Shown: positions 11,488 through 23,160 of the stretch, one piece after another
Layout of the letters: each line of letters starts with the position of its first letter
How positions within the stretch are numbered: position 1 is the stretch's first letter
Assembly (NCBI RefSeq): GCF_001194135.2
Contig: NC_068997.1
Location: forward strand, 43,535,956 to 43,569,286
Direction: 5' to 3'
DNA length: 33,331 bases
From: Octopus bimaculoides
Lineage: Eukaryota
Position numbers and translations under genes: made by a program
The notes under the pieces: generated by a model
Databases searched by the model: none
What the model was told of the DNA's origin: nothing
The model's input: only the letters and a program-made list of their open reading frames with translations

Positions 11488-11505
11488 TATATATACATAT
11501 ATTAA
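11090..11505. repeat. Compound (TA)n, 22-bp AT-rich minisatellite and (CA)n, with a gap at 11349-11451
   Basis: ATGTATATGCATTTATATATTA repeated about 2.7 times at 11129-11189. (CA)n at 11219-11290. Confidence 0.9.
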
Positions 11506-11509
11506 TATA

Positions 11510-11897
11510 GGCGCAGGAGTGGCTGTGTAGTAAGTACCTTGCCTACCGACCACATGGTTCCGGGTTCAGCCCCACTGAGTGGCACCTTGGGCAAGTGTCT
11601 TCTACTATAGCCTCGGGCCGACCAAAGCTTTGTGAATAGATTTGGTAGACGGAAACTGAAAGAAGCCCGTCACATATATTTATATGTATATATATGTGTG
11701 TGTTTGTCTCCCCAACATCGCTTGACAACCGATGCTGGTGCGTTTACGTCCCCGTAACCTAGCGGTTCGGCAAAGAGACCGATAGAATAAGTACTAGGCT
11801 TACAAAGAATAAGTCCTGGGGTCGATTTGCTCGACTGAAGGCGGTGCTCCAGCATGGCCACAGTCAAATGACTGCAACAAGTAAAAGAGTAAAAGAG
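11510..11897 (+). mobile_element. Young full-length SINE family A with 13-bp TSD ATATATTAATATA
   Basis: ATATATTAATATA at 11497-11509 and 11898-11910. Confidence 0.95.
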
Positions 11898-11905
11898 ATA
11901 TATTA

Positions 11906-11940
<35 letters not shown>

Positions 11941-12016
11941 CATATATAAATATATATACATATATTTATATAGGTACATACATATCACACACACACATTA
12001 ATATACATATATATTG

Positions 12017-12047
<31 letters not shown>

Positions 12048-12083
12048 TACACACACACACACACATACACACACATATATATA

Positions 12084-13190
12084 AGATAGTATCAAAAAGT
12101 TCCCGGACTAGTTCTATACTGTCCAACAGATGGCAGCACACAATTTTGTGTGCCATGAGAGCTAGCAAATGACCTTCATGAGGCAGCGTACTGAGTGACA
12201 TCACAGTGTTTACTTCACAAGTTGTGAAATTTGTGTTTCCGTAATCACGTGTATGCTGTTGTCTGCGATTTTGTCGTGGACAGGAACAAAGAGCCAATGT
12301 GAAATATTGTGTTAAACTACAGAGATATTGAGCATGCATCACCAAGTTTACAGTGACAAGGCAATGGGTCATAGGCAATGTTTTGAGTGGCACAAGCACT
12401 TCAAAAGTGAAAGAATGTCTCTGGAAGACAATGAGCAATCTGGAAGACCTGACATGAACATCACCCTTGGAAATGTGACATTTTGCACTGGGAATTCATC
12501 CCCCAGGGTCAGACTGTCAATGGAGATGTTCTACTGCGATGTTTGAAGCATTTAAGGGAGGACAATATGTGAAAGCGACTGGATGTGTGGAGCATGAGTT
12601 GATGCCAGTGCCACCTGACTGGTTCCCGTGCTGGTGACACATAAAAAGCACCATTCGAGAGTGGTCGATGCCAGTGCTACCTGACGGACTCCTATGCTGG
12701 TGGCACGTAAAAAGCACCTATTATACTGTCAGATTGGTTGGCATTAGGAAGGGAATCCAGCTGTAGAAACCTTGCCAGATGAGATTGGAGCCTGGTACAG
12801 CCTCCTGGCTTGCCAGTCCTCAGTCAAACCATCCAATCCATGCCAGCATGGAAAGCGCACATTAAACGTTGATGATGCTGATGCCCCCTGCTAGCGAGCT
12901 CTCCTTACTCGTGAGTTTCTTGCCAAAAATAACGTAGTATCACTTCTGAACCCATCCTATTCACCATATTTAGCACCTGTGGACTTCTATCTCTTCTCCA
13001 AGATGAAAATGCCGCTCAAAGGTCATGGTCTTAACACCGTCGTTGAGATCCAGAGGGAATCGCAGAAGGTCCTCAACTCACCGAATACGACTTCCAGGCT
13101 GGATTCCAAAAGTGGAAGGAATGCTGGGATTGGTGGATTGCTGTGCATGGTGACTATTTCGAAGATGATGTTAAAACTTAGGTAAATAAG
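12084..13190 (+). mobile_element. Internally deleted mariner (DD34D-type) fossil, split by an RTE-tail insertion
   Basis: 5' TIR-like TATCAAAAAGTTCCCGGAC. N-terminal EQRANVKYCVKL and QCFEWHKHFKSERMSLEDNEQSGRP. Middle HWEFIPQGQTVN. C-terminal LLTREFLAKNN, SYSPYLAPVDFYLF (YSPDLAP motif) and FQKWKECWDWWIAVHGDYFE. Confidence 0.9.
12594..12884 (+). mobile_element. RTE-tail element with two 66-bp units, nested in the mariner
   Basis: CTGAC-containing units at 12615 and 12681. The tail ends CACATTAAACGTTGATGATGCTGATG. Confidence 0.85.
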
Positions 13191-13559
13191 AAGCCCACCA
13201 TATATATATGTATGTGTGTGTGTGTGTCTTTGTGTTTGCCCCACCACCATCGCTGCTTGACAACTGGTGTTGGTGTGTTTACATCCCTGTAACTTAGTAG
13301 TTTGGCAAAAGAGAATGATAGAATAAGTACCAGGATTTTAAAACAATAAGTACTGGGGTTGATTCATTCCACCATGCCCCATCATGGCCAGAGTCTGCGC
13401 AGCCTGATATATATGGTTGTATGGTAAACAAGTTCACCTCTCAACCATGTGCTTTTGGGATTCTCATAAAGTTTACTCTGCTATATAACCCTGGGTTGAC
13501 CAATGACTTACAAAGGAAACTCTAAATATATAATCAGAAACTGAGCAGAAGGTCGTGTA

Positions 13560-13615
<56 letters not shown>

Positions 13616-13750
13616 AGTGTTACTGTGGCTGTGTGGTAAGAAGTTTGCTTCTGAATCACATGGTTCTGGGTTCGGTTCCACTGTGTGGCACCTTGGGTAT
13701 GTGCCTTCTACTATAACCTCCAGCTGACCAAAGCCTTGTCAGTGGATCGT
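13191..13750 (+). mobile_element. Cluster of SINE family A fragments (3' half 13191-13395; heads about 13405-13555 and 13626-13750)
   Basis: Homology to intact copies. (TG)n at 13565-13607 lies between them. Confidence 0.75.
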
Positions 13751-13856
13751 CCTGTTTTCCATTTTTTCTCTCGTTTATGTATTTAACTTGTTTGTTTACA
13801 TATTTCATGTTGTTTGCACAGTTGGTGATGTCCTGTACCCATTGTATGCATATATA

Positions 13857-14047
13857 TTGGGTTGGTGCATAATTATTGCGGCTTTTTTTCAACAAATTTT
13901 ATTCAACAAAAACAGTAACAGCATGTAACAAAAACATCTTTAAATGATTATTCCGGAGCATATTCACCATCTACTTCAATTACTGCTTCCCATTTGCTTG
14001 GCAGACTGTCAGACCATCATTTAAAGAGGTTTTTGTTAAATATTATT
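13857..14047 (-). mobile_element. 3' end of a second mariner with an Hsmar1/MADE1-like TIR; remainder lost in a gap
   Basis: TA followed by TTGGGTTGGTGCATAATTATTGCGG. Minus-strand DSLPSKWEAVIEVDGEYAPE* resembles the mariner C-terminus LPxRWxxVxxxxGxY. Confidence 0.85.
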
Positions 14048-14461
14048 NNNNNNNNNNNNNNNNNNNNNNNNNNNNNNNNNNNNNNNNNNNNNNNNNNNNN
14101 NNNNNNNNNNNNNNNNNNNNNNNNNNNNNNNNNNNNNNNNNNNNNNNNNNNNNNNNNNNNNNNNNNNNNNNNNNNNNNNNNNNNNNNNNNNNNNNNNNNN
14201 NNNNNNNNNNNNNNNNNNNNNNNNNNNNNNNNNNNNNNNNNNNNNNNNNNNNNNNNNNNNNNNNNNNNNNNNNNNNNNNNNNNNNNNNNNNNNNNNNNNN
14301 NNNNNNNNNNNNNNNNNNNNNNNNNNNNNNNNNNNNNNNNNNNNNNNNNNNNNNNNNNNNNNNNNNNNNNNNNNNNNNNNNNNNNNNNNNNNNNNNNNNN
14401 NNNNNNNNNNNNNNNNNNNNNNNNNNNNNNNNNNNNNNNNNNNNNNNNNNNNNNNNNNNNN

Positions 14462-14532
<71 letters not shown>

Positions 14533-14564
14533 TTATTTATTATCATCATCATATTAGGCTTTAC

Positions 14565-14670
14565 AAAATAATAATAAGTACTGTGGTTTATTACTCTGCC
14601 TAAAATTCTTCGAGGTAGTGCTCCAGCATGTCCGCAGTCTAATGACTGAAACAAGTAAAAGATAAAAGAT
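14565..14670 (+). mobile_element. SINE family A terminal tail fragment
   Basis: AATAAGTACTGTGG...GTGCTCCAGCATGTCCGCAGTCTAATGACTGAAACAAGTAAAAGA. Confidence 0.8.
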
Positions 14671-14719
14671 GACAGATACATACATGTGTGTGTGTGTGTG
14701 TGTGTGTATGGACACAGAC

Positions 14720-15250
14720 ATGGGAGAATGGTTGAATTAATGGGTGAGTCATGAGGTCAAAAGTTCCATCTTACTGTGTGACATCTAGCGCATATATCTT
14801 TGACCATAGGTTCTGGTTGACTCAAGCATTGCAAGGGAAAATAGGTGAACTGAAGCTGAGAGTCCTAAAGATGCATCTGTAATTCAAAAAAGCCAGATTT
14901 GTCATACACTGTCATACTGAGTCACCCCTAAAATTACATTAAGAAAACATATAGCTGTAGTATACTGAGCCGATTTCTTCTTAATAAGCAAGTAGGCTAT
15001 TTTGTTGATCAAATAAACAGCCTTCATAGGGTTGAAAATACAGAGATTCATTTATGTGTGTGTGTTTTGTACAGGTATGGTTATGTGATTGACAATCTAA
15101 CTTCCCAACCACATGGTTTCAGGTTCAGTCTCGCTGTGAGGCACCTTGGGCAACTGTCTTCTGCTATAGTCCAGAGCTGAGCTGACCAAAGCTTTGAGAG
15201 TGAATTTAGTAAAGAAAAACTGAATGAAGCCTACTATGTTTATATATATA
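14720..15250 (+). mobile_element. Degenerate family C SINE (about 14720-14990) followed by a family A head (about 15072-15250)
   Basis: TTTGTCATACACTGTCATACTGAGTCACCC resembles the 24478 copy. CCCAACCACATGGTTTCAGGTTCAGTC...CACCTTGGGCAA is a family A head. Confidence 0.6.
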
Positions 15251-16124
15251 NNNNNNNNNNNNNNNNNNNNNNNNNNNNNNNNNNNNNNNNNNNNNNNNNN
15301 NNNNNNNNNNNNNNNNNNNNNNNNNNNNNNNNNNNNNNNNNNNNNNNNNNNNNNNNNNNNNNNNNNNNNNNNNNNNNNNNNNNNNNNNNNNNNNNNNNNN
15401 NNNNNNNNNNNNNNNNNNNNNNNNNNNNNNNNNNNNNNNNNNNNNNNNNNNNNNNNNNNNNNNNNNNNNNNNNNNNNNNNNNNNNNNNNNNNNNNNNNNN
15501 NNNNNNNNNNNNNNNNNNNNNNNNNNNNNNNNNNNNNNNNNNNNNNNNNNNNNNNNNNNNNNNNNNNNNNNNNNNNNNNNNNNNNNNNNNNNNNNNNNNN
15601 NNNNNNNNNNNNNNNNNNNNNNNNNNNNNNNNNNNNNNNNNNNNNNNNNNNNNNNNNNNNNNNNNNNNNNNNNNNNNNNNNNNNNNNNNNNNNNNNNNNN
15701 NNNNNNNNNNNNNNNNNNNNNNNNNNNNNNNNNNNNNNNNNNNNNNNNNNNNNNNNNNNNNNNNNNNNNNNNNNNNNNNNNNNNNNNNNNNNNNNNNNNN
15801 NNNNNNNNNNNNNNNNNNNNNNNNNNNNNNNNNNNNNNNNNNNNNNNNNNNNNNNNNNNNNNNNNNNNNNNNNNNNNNNNNNNNNNNNNNNNNNNNNNNN
15901 NNNNNNNNNNNNNNNNNNNNNNNNNNNNNNNNNNNNNNNNNNNNNNNNNNNNNNNNNNNNNNNNNNNNNNNNNNNNNNNNNNNNNNNNNNNNNNNNNNNN
16001 NNNNNNNNNNNNNNNNNNNNNNNNNNNNNNNNNNNNNNNNNNNNNNNNNNNNNNNNNNNNNNNNNNNNNNNNNNNNNNNNNNNNNNNNNNNNNNNNNNNN
16101 NNNNNNNNNNNNNNNNNNNNNNNN

Positions 16125-16160
<36 letters not shown>

Positions 16161-16411
16161 GTAATTAAGTGGATAAACAAATTAGATATATTAAATTTAA
16201 TAGTTTGAGTATGAAATTGAAAATATTATTTAATATATCTTATTTGTTTATCCACATAATTGCCTCTATATCTACTCAACTTGATCCCTCTTATAGCTAT
16301 TCTTTACTCTTGTAAAGACATCAGAGTCAAAGTTTGAATATTTTCAGCACTTCTAAGTGTCTTCTATACTGCAAATATCTGAATCTCATCAGAGGATTAT
16401 ATCTATATATA

Positions 16412-16681
16412 TGTGAGTGGATTTGGTAGATGGAAACTGAAAGAAGCCCGTTGTATATATGTATATATATATATATATGTGTGTGTCTGTGTTTGTCCCC
16501 ACAACATCGCTTGACAACCGATGCTGGTGTGTTTACGTCCCCGTAACTTAGTGGTTTGGCAAAAGTGATCGATAGAATAAGTACTAGGCATCCAAAGAAT
16601 AAGTCCTGGGATCGATTTGCTCGACTAAAGGTGGTGCTCCAGCATGGCCACAGTCAAATGACTGAAACAAGTAAAAGAGTA
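16412..16681 (+). mobile_element. 5'-truncated SINE family A
   Basis: Starts GTGAGTGGATTTGGTAGATGG. Internal (TA)n and the tail are intact. Confidence 0.9.
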
Positions 16682-17061
16682 TATATACACATATATCTAT
16701 TTAGATATGGTTGGGAGGGAGTTAATAGTAAATATTAGACAAATTAGAAATATAAGTTATGCATTTAAGTCTCAGACTTCAATTGTATTTCGTTAGTGTA
16801 AAGAACCAATATAATGATAACAAAGAAAAAACTCAAAGTTTTTAATTATAACCTACTGATGAATACAAAGAGACATTATATGATAATAATATGCATTATT
16901 TTTTTGATTATATCCTGGTCTTTTTAACAGAAACAACTGTCTGGGATAATTGAATAAATGAAAAATCCATAATTAACATCAAAATCTGCTTCATTTCAGT
17001 TTATTTGATGACATTTATTGATCTCTGTTTAATGAATTAATTCTTATAAGAATCATTTGTT

Positions 17062-17295
17062 TATCATCATCATCATCATCATCGTTTAACGTCCGCTTTC
17101 CATGCTAGCATGGGTTGGACAATTTGACTGAGGACTGGTGAAACCGGATGGCAACACCAACCTCCAATCTAATTTGGCAGAGTTTCTACAGCTGGATGCC
17201 CTTCCTAACGCCAACCACTCCGAGAGTGTAGTGGGTGCTTTTACGTGTCACCCGCACGAAGGCCAGTCAGGCGGTACTGGCAACGGTCACGCTTA
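17062..17295 (-). mobile_element. Young RTE-tail element, 5' part lost in a gap
   Basis: (CAT)nCGTTTAACGTCCGCTTTCCATGCTAGCATGGGTTGG...GGATGCCCTTCCTAACGCCAACCACTCCGAGAG. CpGs are retained, indicating youth. Confidence 0.9.
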
Positions 17296-17437
17296 NNNNN
17301 NNNNNNNNNNNNNNNNNNNNNNNNNNNNNNNNNNNNNNNNNNNNNNNNNNNNNNNNNNNNNNNNNNNNNNNNNNNNNNNNNNNNNNNNNNNNNNNNNNNN
17401 NNNNNNNNNNNNNNNNNNNNNNNNNNNNNNNNNNNNN

Positions 17438-17478
<41 letters not shown>

Positions 17479-17774
17479 TGATTCAATCTCTACTAGTGGC
17501 AACACCTTGAATAAAGTTGCACGAGTATGTTTAATCAGGATGAAATCTTACTGCAGCCAAACTAACAGGATGCAAATGACATCACATAATAAGATAGCCA
17601 TGCAGTAGAAACACATGTCAGATGGAGGTTTAACAAGAATGTATTGTATATAAGAATAAAATTCTGTATAGATGTATAATTCTCCATCTTTATTTTAATG
17701 TCTTGTATCATCATCATCATCATCATTTAACGTTTGTTTTCCATGCTGGCTTGTGTTGGATGGTTTGACCAGCT

Positions 17775-17806
<32 letters not shown>

Positions 17807-17810
<4 letters not shown>

Positions 17811-18235
17811 CGAGCAAACACACGAACTTACTTCGTCCCGCTTCCAGTCCATTGCTTCACAGCGTTCAATATACACATAATTTTTCACGTCTGGCCGTAT
17901 AGCCTTTTCCGTTTGTTTTCCTGTCTTGTTTTTTGTCCGCCACTACATTCCTCCATGGTACAAATTTAATTTGTGTATACAAATTTAATTTGTGGTCTGT
18001 GCGAAGAGCCATTTTGATGATGCGTCCTGCCCTACTCTTCGAAACGCGTGTGTTAGAATCGGGGTAGCTGATGAAGGAAAATCTTCTCTAAGTGGCCTGT
18101 GTGTTTTCTGTACTCTGGTTATTATTATTTTTTTGTCTACGTTTTGTTCGCAATGTCCTGTACCCAGATATGCACCTATATATACAGGTAGATGTAGGTA
18201 TGCACATACTTATACGTATATATGCATATACTCAT
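17807..18235. mobile_element. Unclassified CpG-containing repeat fragment, possibly Penelope-like
   Basis: Composition differs from the flanks and the segment carries GAAACGCGT and GCTGATGAAGG motifs. The classification rests on recollection only. Confidence 0.3.
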
Positions 18236-18267
18236 TTATTATTTGTTTTATATATATATATATATAG

Positions 18268-18428
18268 GCACAGGAGTGGCTGTGTGGTAAGTAGCTTGCT
18301 TACCAACCACATGGTTCCGGGTTCATTCCCACTGCGTGGCATCTTGGGCAAGTGTCTTCTACTATAGCCTTGGGCTGACCAAAGCCTTGTGAATAGATTT
18401 GGTAGACGGAAACTGAAAGAAGTCCATC

Positions 18429-18512
<84 letters not shown>

Positions 18513-18718
18513 GTTTGTGTCTGTGTTTGTCCCCACACCATTGTTTGACAGCTGATGTTGGTGTGTTTATGTCCCCGTCATCCAGCAGTTTGGTAAAAGA
18601 GACTTATAAAATAAGTACTAGGTTGACAAAAAATTAAGTCCTGGGGTCAATTTGTTCAACTAAAGGCAGTGCTCCAGAATGGCCACAGTCAAATGAGTGA
18701 AACAAATAAAAGAATAAG
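18268..18718 (+). mobile_element. Full-length SINE family A with expanded internal (TA)n
   Basis: GGCACAGGAGTGGCTGTGTGG...ACAAATAAAAGA. About 60 bp of (TA)n at 18430-18490. Confidence 0.92.
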
Positions 18719-18789
18719 TATATATATATATAGATATATATAGGTACATATGTAAGTACACACCTACACTCACAATTTTAACATTAATT

Positions 18790-20010
18790 TTGCCATACCT
18801 GGACAGGGTGGGTAGGGGTCTTCTCTTGCACAGCATATCACCAATCGGTGCAGTCCCTAAGTCATCTCCTCTATGAGAAACAACTTCACATCAGATTCTT
18901 CATTTTTTCCCAAATCTTCCTCAATCTCCATTTTCCACAGCAGTCTGCCTTGATATCCATCAAAAAAGCCAACACCAACACAGTCTTCTTTCTTCAGCAC
19001 AACATTTGATTCTTGTTATCTTCAGTTTTCCTCTCAACTCATTTGTGCTCTATTGTTCATGCATAGTTGTATCAAATATCCTGCAAAGCATGCTTTCTTC
19101 ATTTCTTTTTAGTCTTTGCAAATTTTCTGCATTCAAGGCCAATGTTTCATTTCCATACAACGTCATGCTTTGTACACACGCATCACACAATCCGCCCTTC
19201 ACTTTGATGAAAAAGTCATTTGTTACCAGCAGAGGTAACAACTCCATGAACTTTTTCCAGCCGGTTCTTACTTTGGCAACAATGTCTTCAAAACATTCAA
19301 AACACCTACCCACCACAGCTAATTAAGTCTCTTATGTAACGGAAATTATCAAGTATTTCTAGAGAGCTACCTGCACATTGGGGAAAGTCTATTTTGCATG
19401 CGCTCTTAGTACTTAGTGCACCTGTTACATGTGAAGCCTGTCTTCTCTGTTAGCCTACTTGTCATTCTACTGCCCTTCTTGTACAACCATTGTTTATGCT
19501 GGTCAAACCGAGCTTAAACAATAAATGTACTTACTCCTTTTCTACATATCAAGCAAGGCCATTTCCTTGGTGATAGCAAACTTCTGTTTTCTTTGCTGCT
19601 CACTAATACTTTAGCCTTTACTAAATTCACTCTAAGGCCTCTCAATTTCAGGGGTTTTTTTTTTATGTATGGAATTTCTTCTTCAGTTCTCTACAGATTT
19701 AGCTACCTATAAGAACTAGGTCATTAGTGTACAGAAGTTCCCCTTAGACAGCTGGTCTAAAAACTCCTGTTAAGGTTAGGAGGATTATAATGAACTGAAA
19801 GGGGCTCAAGACAGAGCCAAGGTGCATCCTATCTTCATAGTGGATTCATCAACATACTCATTACTAACTCTAAGAAGCCTCTAAGCTTCCTAAGTGACCA
19901 CCAGATAATAGAGCAGAGAACCCTGTCAAAGGCCTTCTCAGGTCAATAAATGCCAGGAGTTTATTCTTGGCTAGATACTTCTCTTGCTGCTGTTTTATTG
20001 ACAAGTGTCA
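18790..20010 (-). pseudogene. Fossil RTE-clade LINE: reverse transcriptase and C-terminal region
   Basis: Minus strand gives QQEKYLAKNKLLAFIDL(fs)KAFDR (19921-19990), GSVLSP (about 19805-19822) and ELLYTNDLVL (19711-19740, decayed YADD). It also gives KVRTGWKKFMELLPLL...YGNETLALNAENLQRLKRNEESMLCRI (ORF 19050-19316). It may extend to about 20400 with an endonuclease-like remnant. Confidence 0.9.
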
Positions 20011-21099
20011 TGGAGCATATGTACACTAAAGGGTCTATGAATATATCAAAATTAATATAGTAGCTATTGCTAGATTAGTCTCAATCTCTGCTATCTAGCT
20101 TATGTTGAGGTATCTTATATAACAGAACTTGTTCCAACATATTACTCAAAATCCAACTAATACTTTGTGCAAAAATTGCCTCTCCAATACATCTTTTTTA
20201 ACACTATGATACTATTAAAACAATGTCCTGTCAACACTATAAAGGGTGAGCAAACTGTCTGAAACAAAAACAAAACTGCTGAGACCTGTCAAGAAGAATG
20301 AACACACTGCTAATCACTTCATCAGCCCAATGCAGAGCAGCTAGTTGATGTCTATAATAAAAATCCAATGCTACCAACACTAACTACTATCACATGATTA
20401 GGTCTAAACCAAACTATCAATATTAATGGACAGCATCAATAACATTACCAATCTTGTAACCAATTGCATAACTCACCACATTACAAACCATATAACCAAT
20501 TAAAGGTATCATACACCTTTGCCTAGTCTAACCTAGCAGTTTTTGCTTCAACTGACCTATCCCAGTGAACATTTTATTTGCCTCCTTCCTTTATCAATAA
20601 GAATACAAAGTAAAGAGTTTGTATCTCCTCTTTTTGCCATGATTTTGGACAATTTTGAAAAGGTGGAAGTACAATATACATAATTTAACTAAAAGTAAAA
20701 TACACACTGAAATATAAACCCATAATAATGCCAGTCATGTTTATTGACAAATGATTCCAGGTTGAACTACAAGTGAAGATCATTTACATATCACTGTTTA
20801 TGTACTTGTTAAAGGAGAAAATCCTTTTTTACATACATTGAGCTAAATGGAAGCAGGATTTTTATTACATTCTTTGAGCAGTTTGAGTAATGTTGAGCAC
20901 TTATAAATTCACTACAAGAATTTTGAAAATTAAGAGTCCTAAATAACATTTTCAAAGCGATTGGGGAGCTTCAAAGTGTTTTGATGTAGCAGACATAATT
21001 AAAAGACTGTTTTACATCCTGAGCCAATATTGAAGTAAGATATCTGCAAGATTATTAAACTCAAAATATCTCCCAAAATCTGTGCAAGAAGAAATACAT

Positions 21100-21390
21100 G
21101 CATCAAAGTTTTATGAAAATATAGGGCCACATCAGTTTTTAAATACAATAAAAATGTATAAATTATTTAACTTGTACATTTCCCAAAATGTATGTACTCT
21201 ACTGTAAACATTGCCAGTTAAGGTAGCATCTGGTGAAAGATCTTTCAGCAAATTAAAGCTTGAGAACTTCTCGAGGAGCACAATGACACGGGAATGACTG
21301 AATGCCACAGATGTCCTTAGCATTGAGAGGAAGCTTATGATGAGAACTGACTCCAGTAAAATCATGAAAACATTTGCTTAAAAAAAGAGC
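21100..21390 (+). pseudogene. Fossil hAT transposase C-terminal dimerization domain (ZMYM1-like type)
   Basis: Plus-strand LPVKVASGERSFSKLKLENFSRSTMTRE*LN...LSIER from 21211 resembles LPVTVASGERSFSKLKLIKNYLRSTMSQERLxxLAILSIE. Not in the ORF track. More remnant probably lies upstream to about 20570. Confidence 0.88.
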
Positions 21391-21915
21391 ATATAAAACT
21401 TGTTTCATTTAATTATGAGAATTCTCAATTCTGCATTACTGAACACTTTGACTACAATGTTTATATTTTCAAAAATTCTCCAATTAATTGAACAGATGTT
21501 AACATTTTTTTACTTCTCGAAATGACATTGCTGATTGTTGAAGGCCTTCTTAGTCTATATAGAAAATTTCACAACTGAAATGGGTTCTGGATATCCTAGA
21601 GTTTATTGTCTAAATTAAAAATGGAAAATAAAGCATCTAATTATTCCACATGTGTGAATTAATTTTATCAACATAGTCATAATTTTAAAAATGTATCAGT
21701 GTGCAATTTCATTAAAAAAATATGTATTATTAAGAAAATTATGAGAAAATGTGTGCATGAATCCACACATGCGCAATAATCTGACACTTTATTTTGTATT
21801 ATTTATTTTAAACTATAAACTTTGGTTTATTCTTGGCTCTTTAAATTATATTGCTACAAACTGTTAAAAAGCACAGAACTTCCTTGAACTTAAATTTTGC
21901 ACCTCCTCCTATTAA

Positions 21916-22089
21916 CCCTTTTGCTACTATATTTCCCTTGAATTACTCTACTGTAGTCTGAATATATTTTGAAAATAATGAAGAATTATGAAAAATAATT
22001 TTATCATTGTTAAACTTGGGTTTAGAACATTAATTAGGGAAAGTTATAATTTCAATTACTTAAAAGTAGAAAGTATCATTGAACCTGGG
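21916..22089 (+). mobile_element. TTAA-flanked piggyBac-like MITE, right end in a gap
   Basis: TTAA followed by CCCTTTTGCTACTATATTTC. Homologous to 22523-22743. Confidence 0.7.
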
Positions 22090-22522
22090 NNNNNNNNNNN
22101 NNNNNNNNNNNNNNNNNNNNNNNNNNNNNNNNNNNNNNNNNNNNNNNNNNNNNNNNNNNNNNNNNNNNNNNNNNNNNNNNNNNNNNNNNCAATATCGGTA
22201 CTGGCATCGTTAGACTGCCATCGATCACGAAACTTCGAAGTCACTTTCGATAAAATTAATTAAAACATTTGACACTACTACTGTAGTAAGTCCTTTTTCA
22301 GTTAATATTCTGTATCATAGATTTTTATACTTTACGATTGTACACTTATCCTTGAGAAATGTACTTACACATACATACATATAAACACACATACATACAT
22401 GCATATACATATAGAACCCTATATATATAAATATATGCATATATATATACCAGCACTTATATGTAAAAAGCTTCATACTCACTTATTCAACATCACACAC
22501 AATATTAATTCTTTTATTTTAA

Positions 22523-22743
22523 CCCTTTTCTATACTTATGTTGAAATACACCACTTTTGCTTCAAATTATTTCGAAAATAATGAAAAAAAAAAAATTAGT
22601 AAAATAACTTTGTAATTATTAAGCAGGTGTTTGAAACAAATTAACATAAAATTTCAATGGAAGGTTTTAATTTAGATCACTTTTAATCATAAAGTTTGTT
22701 TCATAGGATCAGGGGCAACCCCAGCAGGTTAGTGTCAAAAGGG
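22523..22743 (+). mobile_element. Complete piggyBac-like MITE with TTAA TSD
   Basis: TTAA (22519-22522), then CCCTTTT...AAAAGGG, then TTAA (22744-22747). Confidence 0.85.
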
Positions 22744-22789
22744 TTAAATATTCGTGGTAATGCCTTTATGGCAAATATTTATGAAATAA

Positions 22790-23160
22790 AGTAGCTTGCT
22801 TACCAACCACATGGTTCTGGGTTCAGTCCCACTGCATGCCACCTTGGGCAAGTGTCTTCTACTATAGCCTCGGGCCGACCAAAGCCTTGTGAGTGGATTT
22901 GGTAGATGGAAACTCAAAGAAGCCCATTGTATATAGGTATGTGTGTGTGTTTGTGTGTCTGTGTTTGTCCCCCCAACTTCGCTTGACAACCGATGCTGGT
23001 GTGTTTACATCCCTGTAACTTAGTGGTTCGGCAAAAGAGACCGATAGAATAAGTACTAGGCTTACAAAGAATAAGTCCCGGGGTCGATTTGCTCGACTAA
23101 AGGCGATGCTCCAGCATGGCCGCAGTCGAATGACTGAAACAAGTAAAAGAGTAAAAAAGT
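22790..23160 (+). mobile_element. Young, slightly 5'-truncated SINE family A
   Basis: AGTAGCTTGCTTACCAACCACATGG...ACAAGTAAAAGAG, near-identical to 7290. Confidence 0.93.

Noticed and set aside
21132-21365. 77-aa minus ORF and the alternative frame CFHDFTGVSSHHKLP...
   Set aside because: Both are antisense shadows of the plus-strand hAT dimerization domain.
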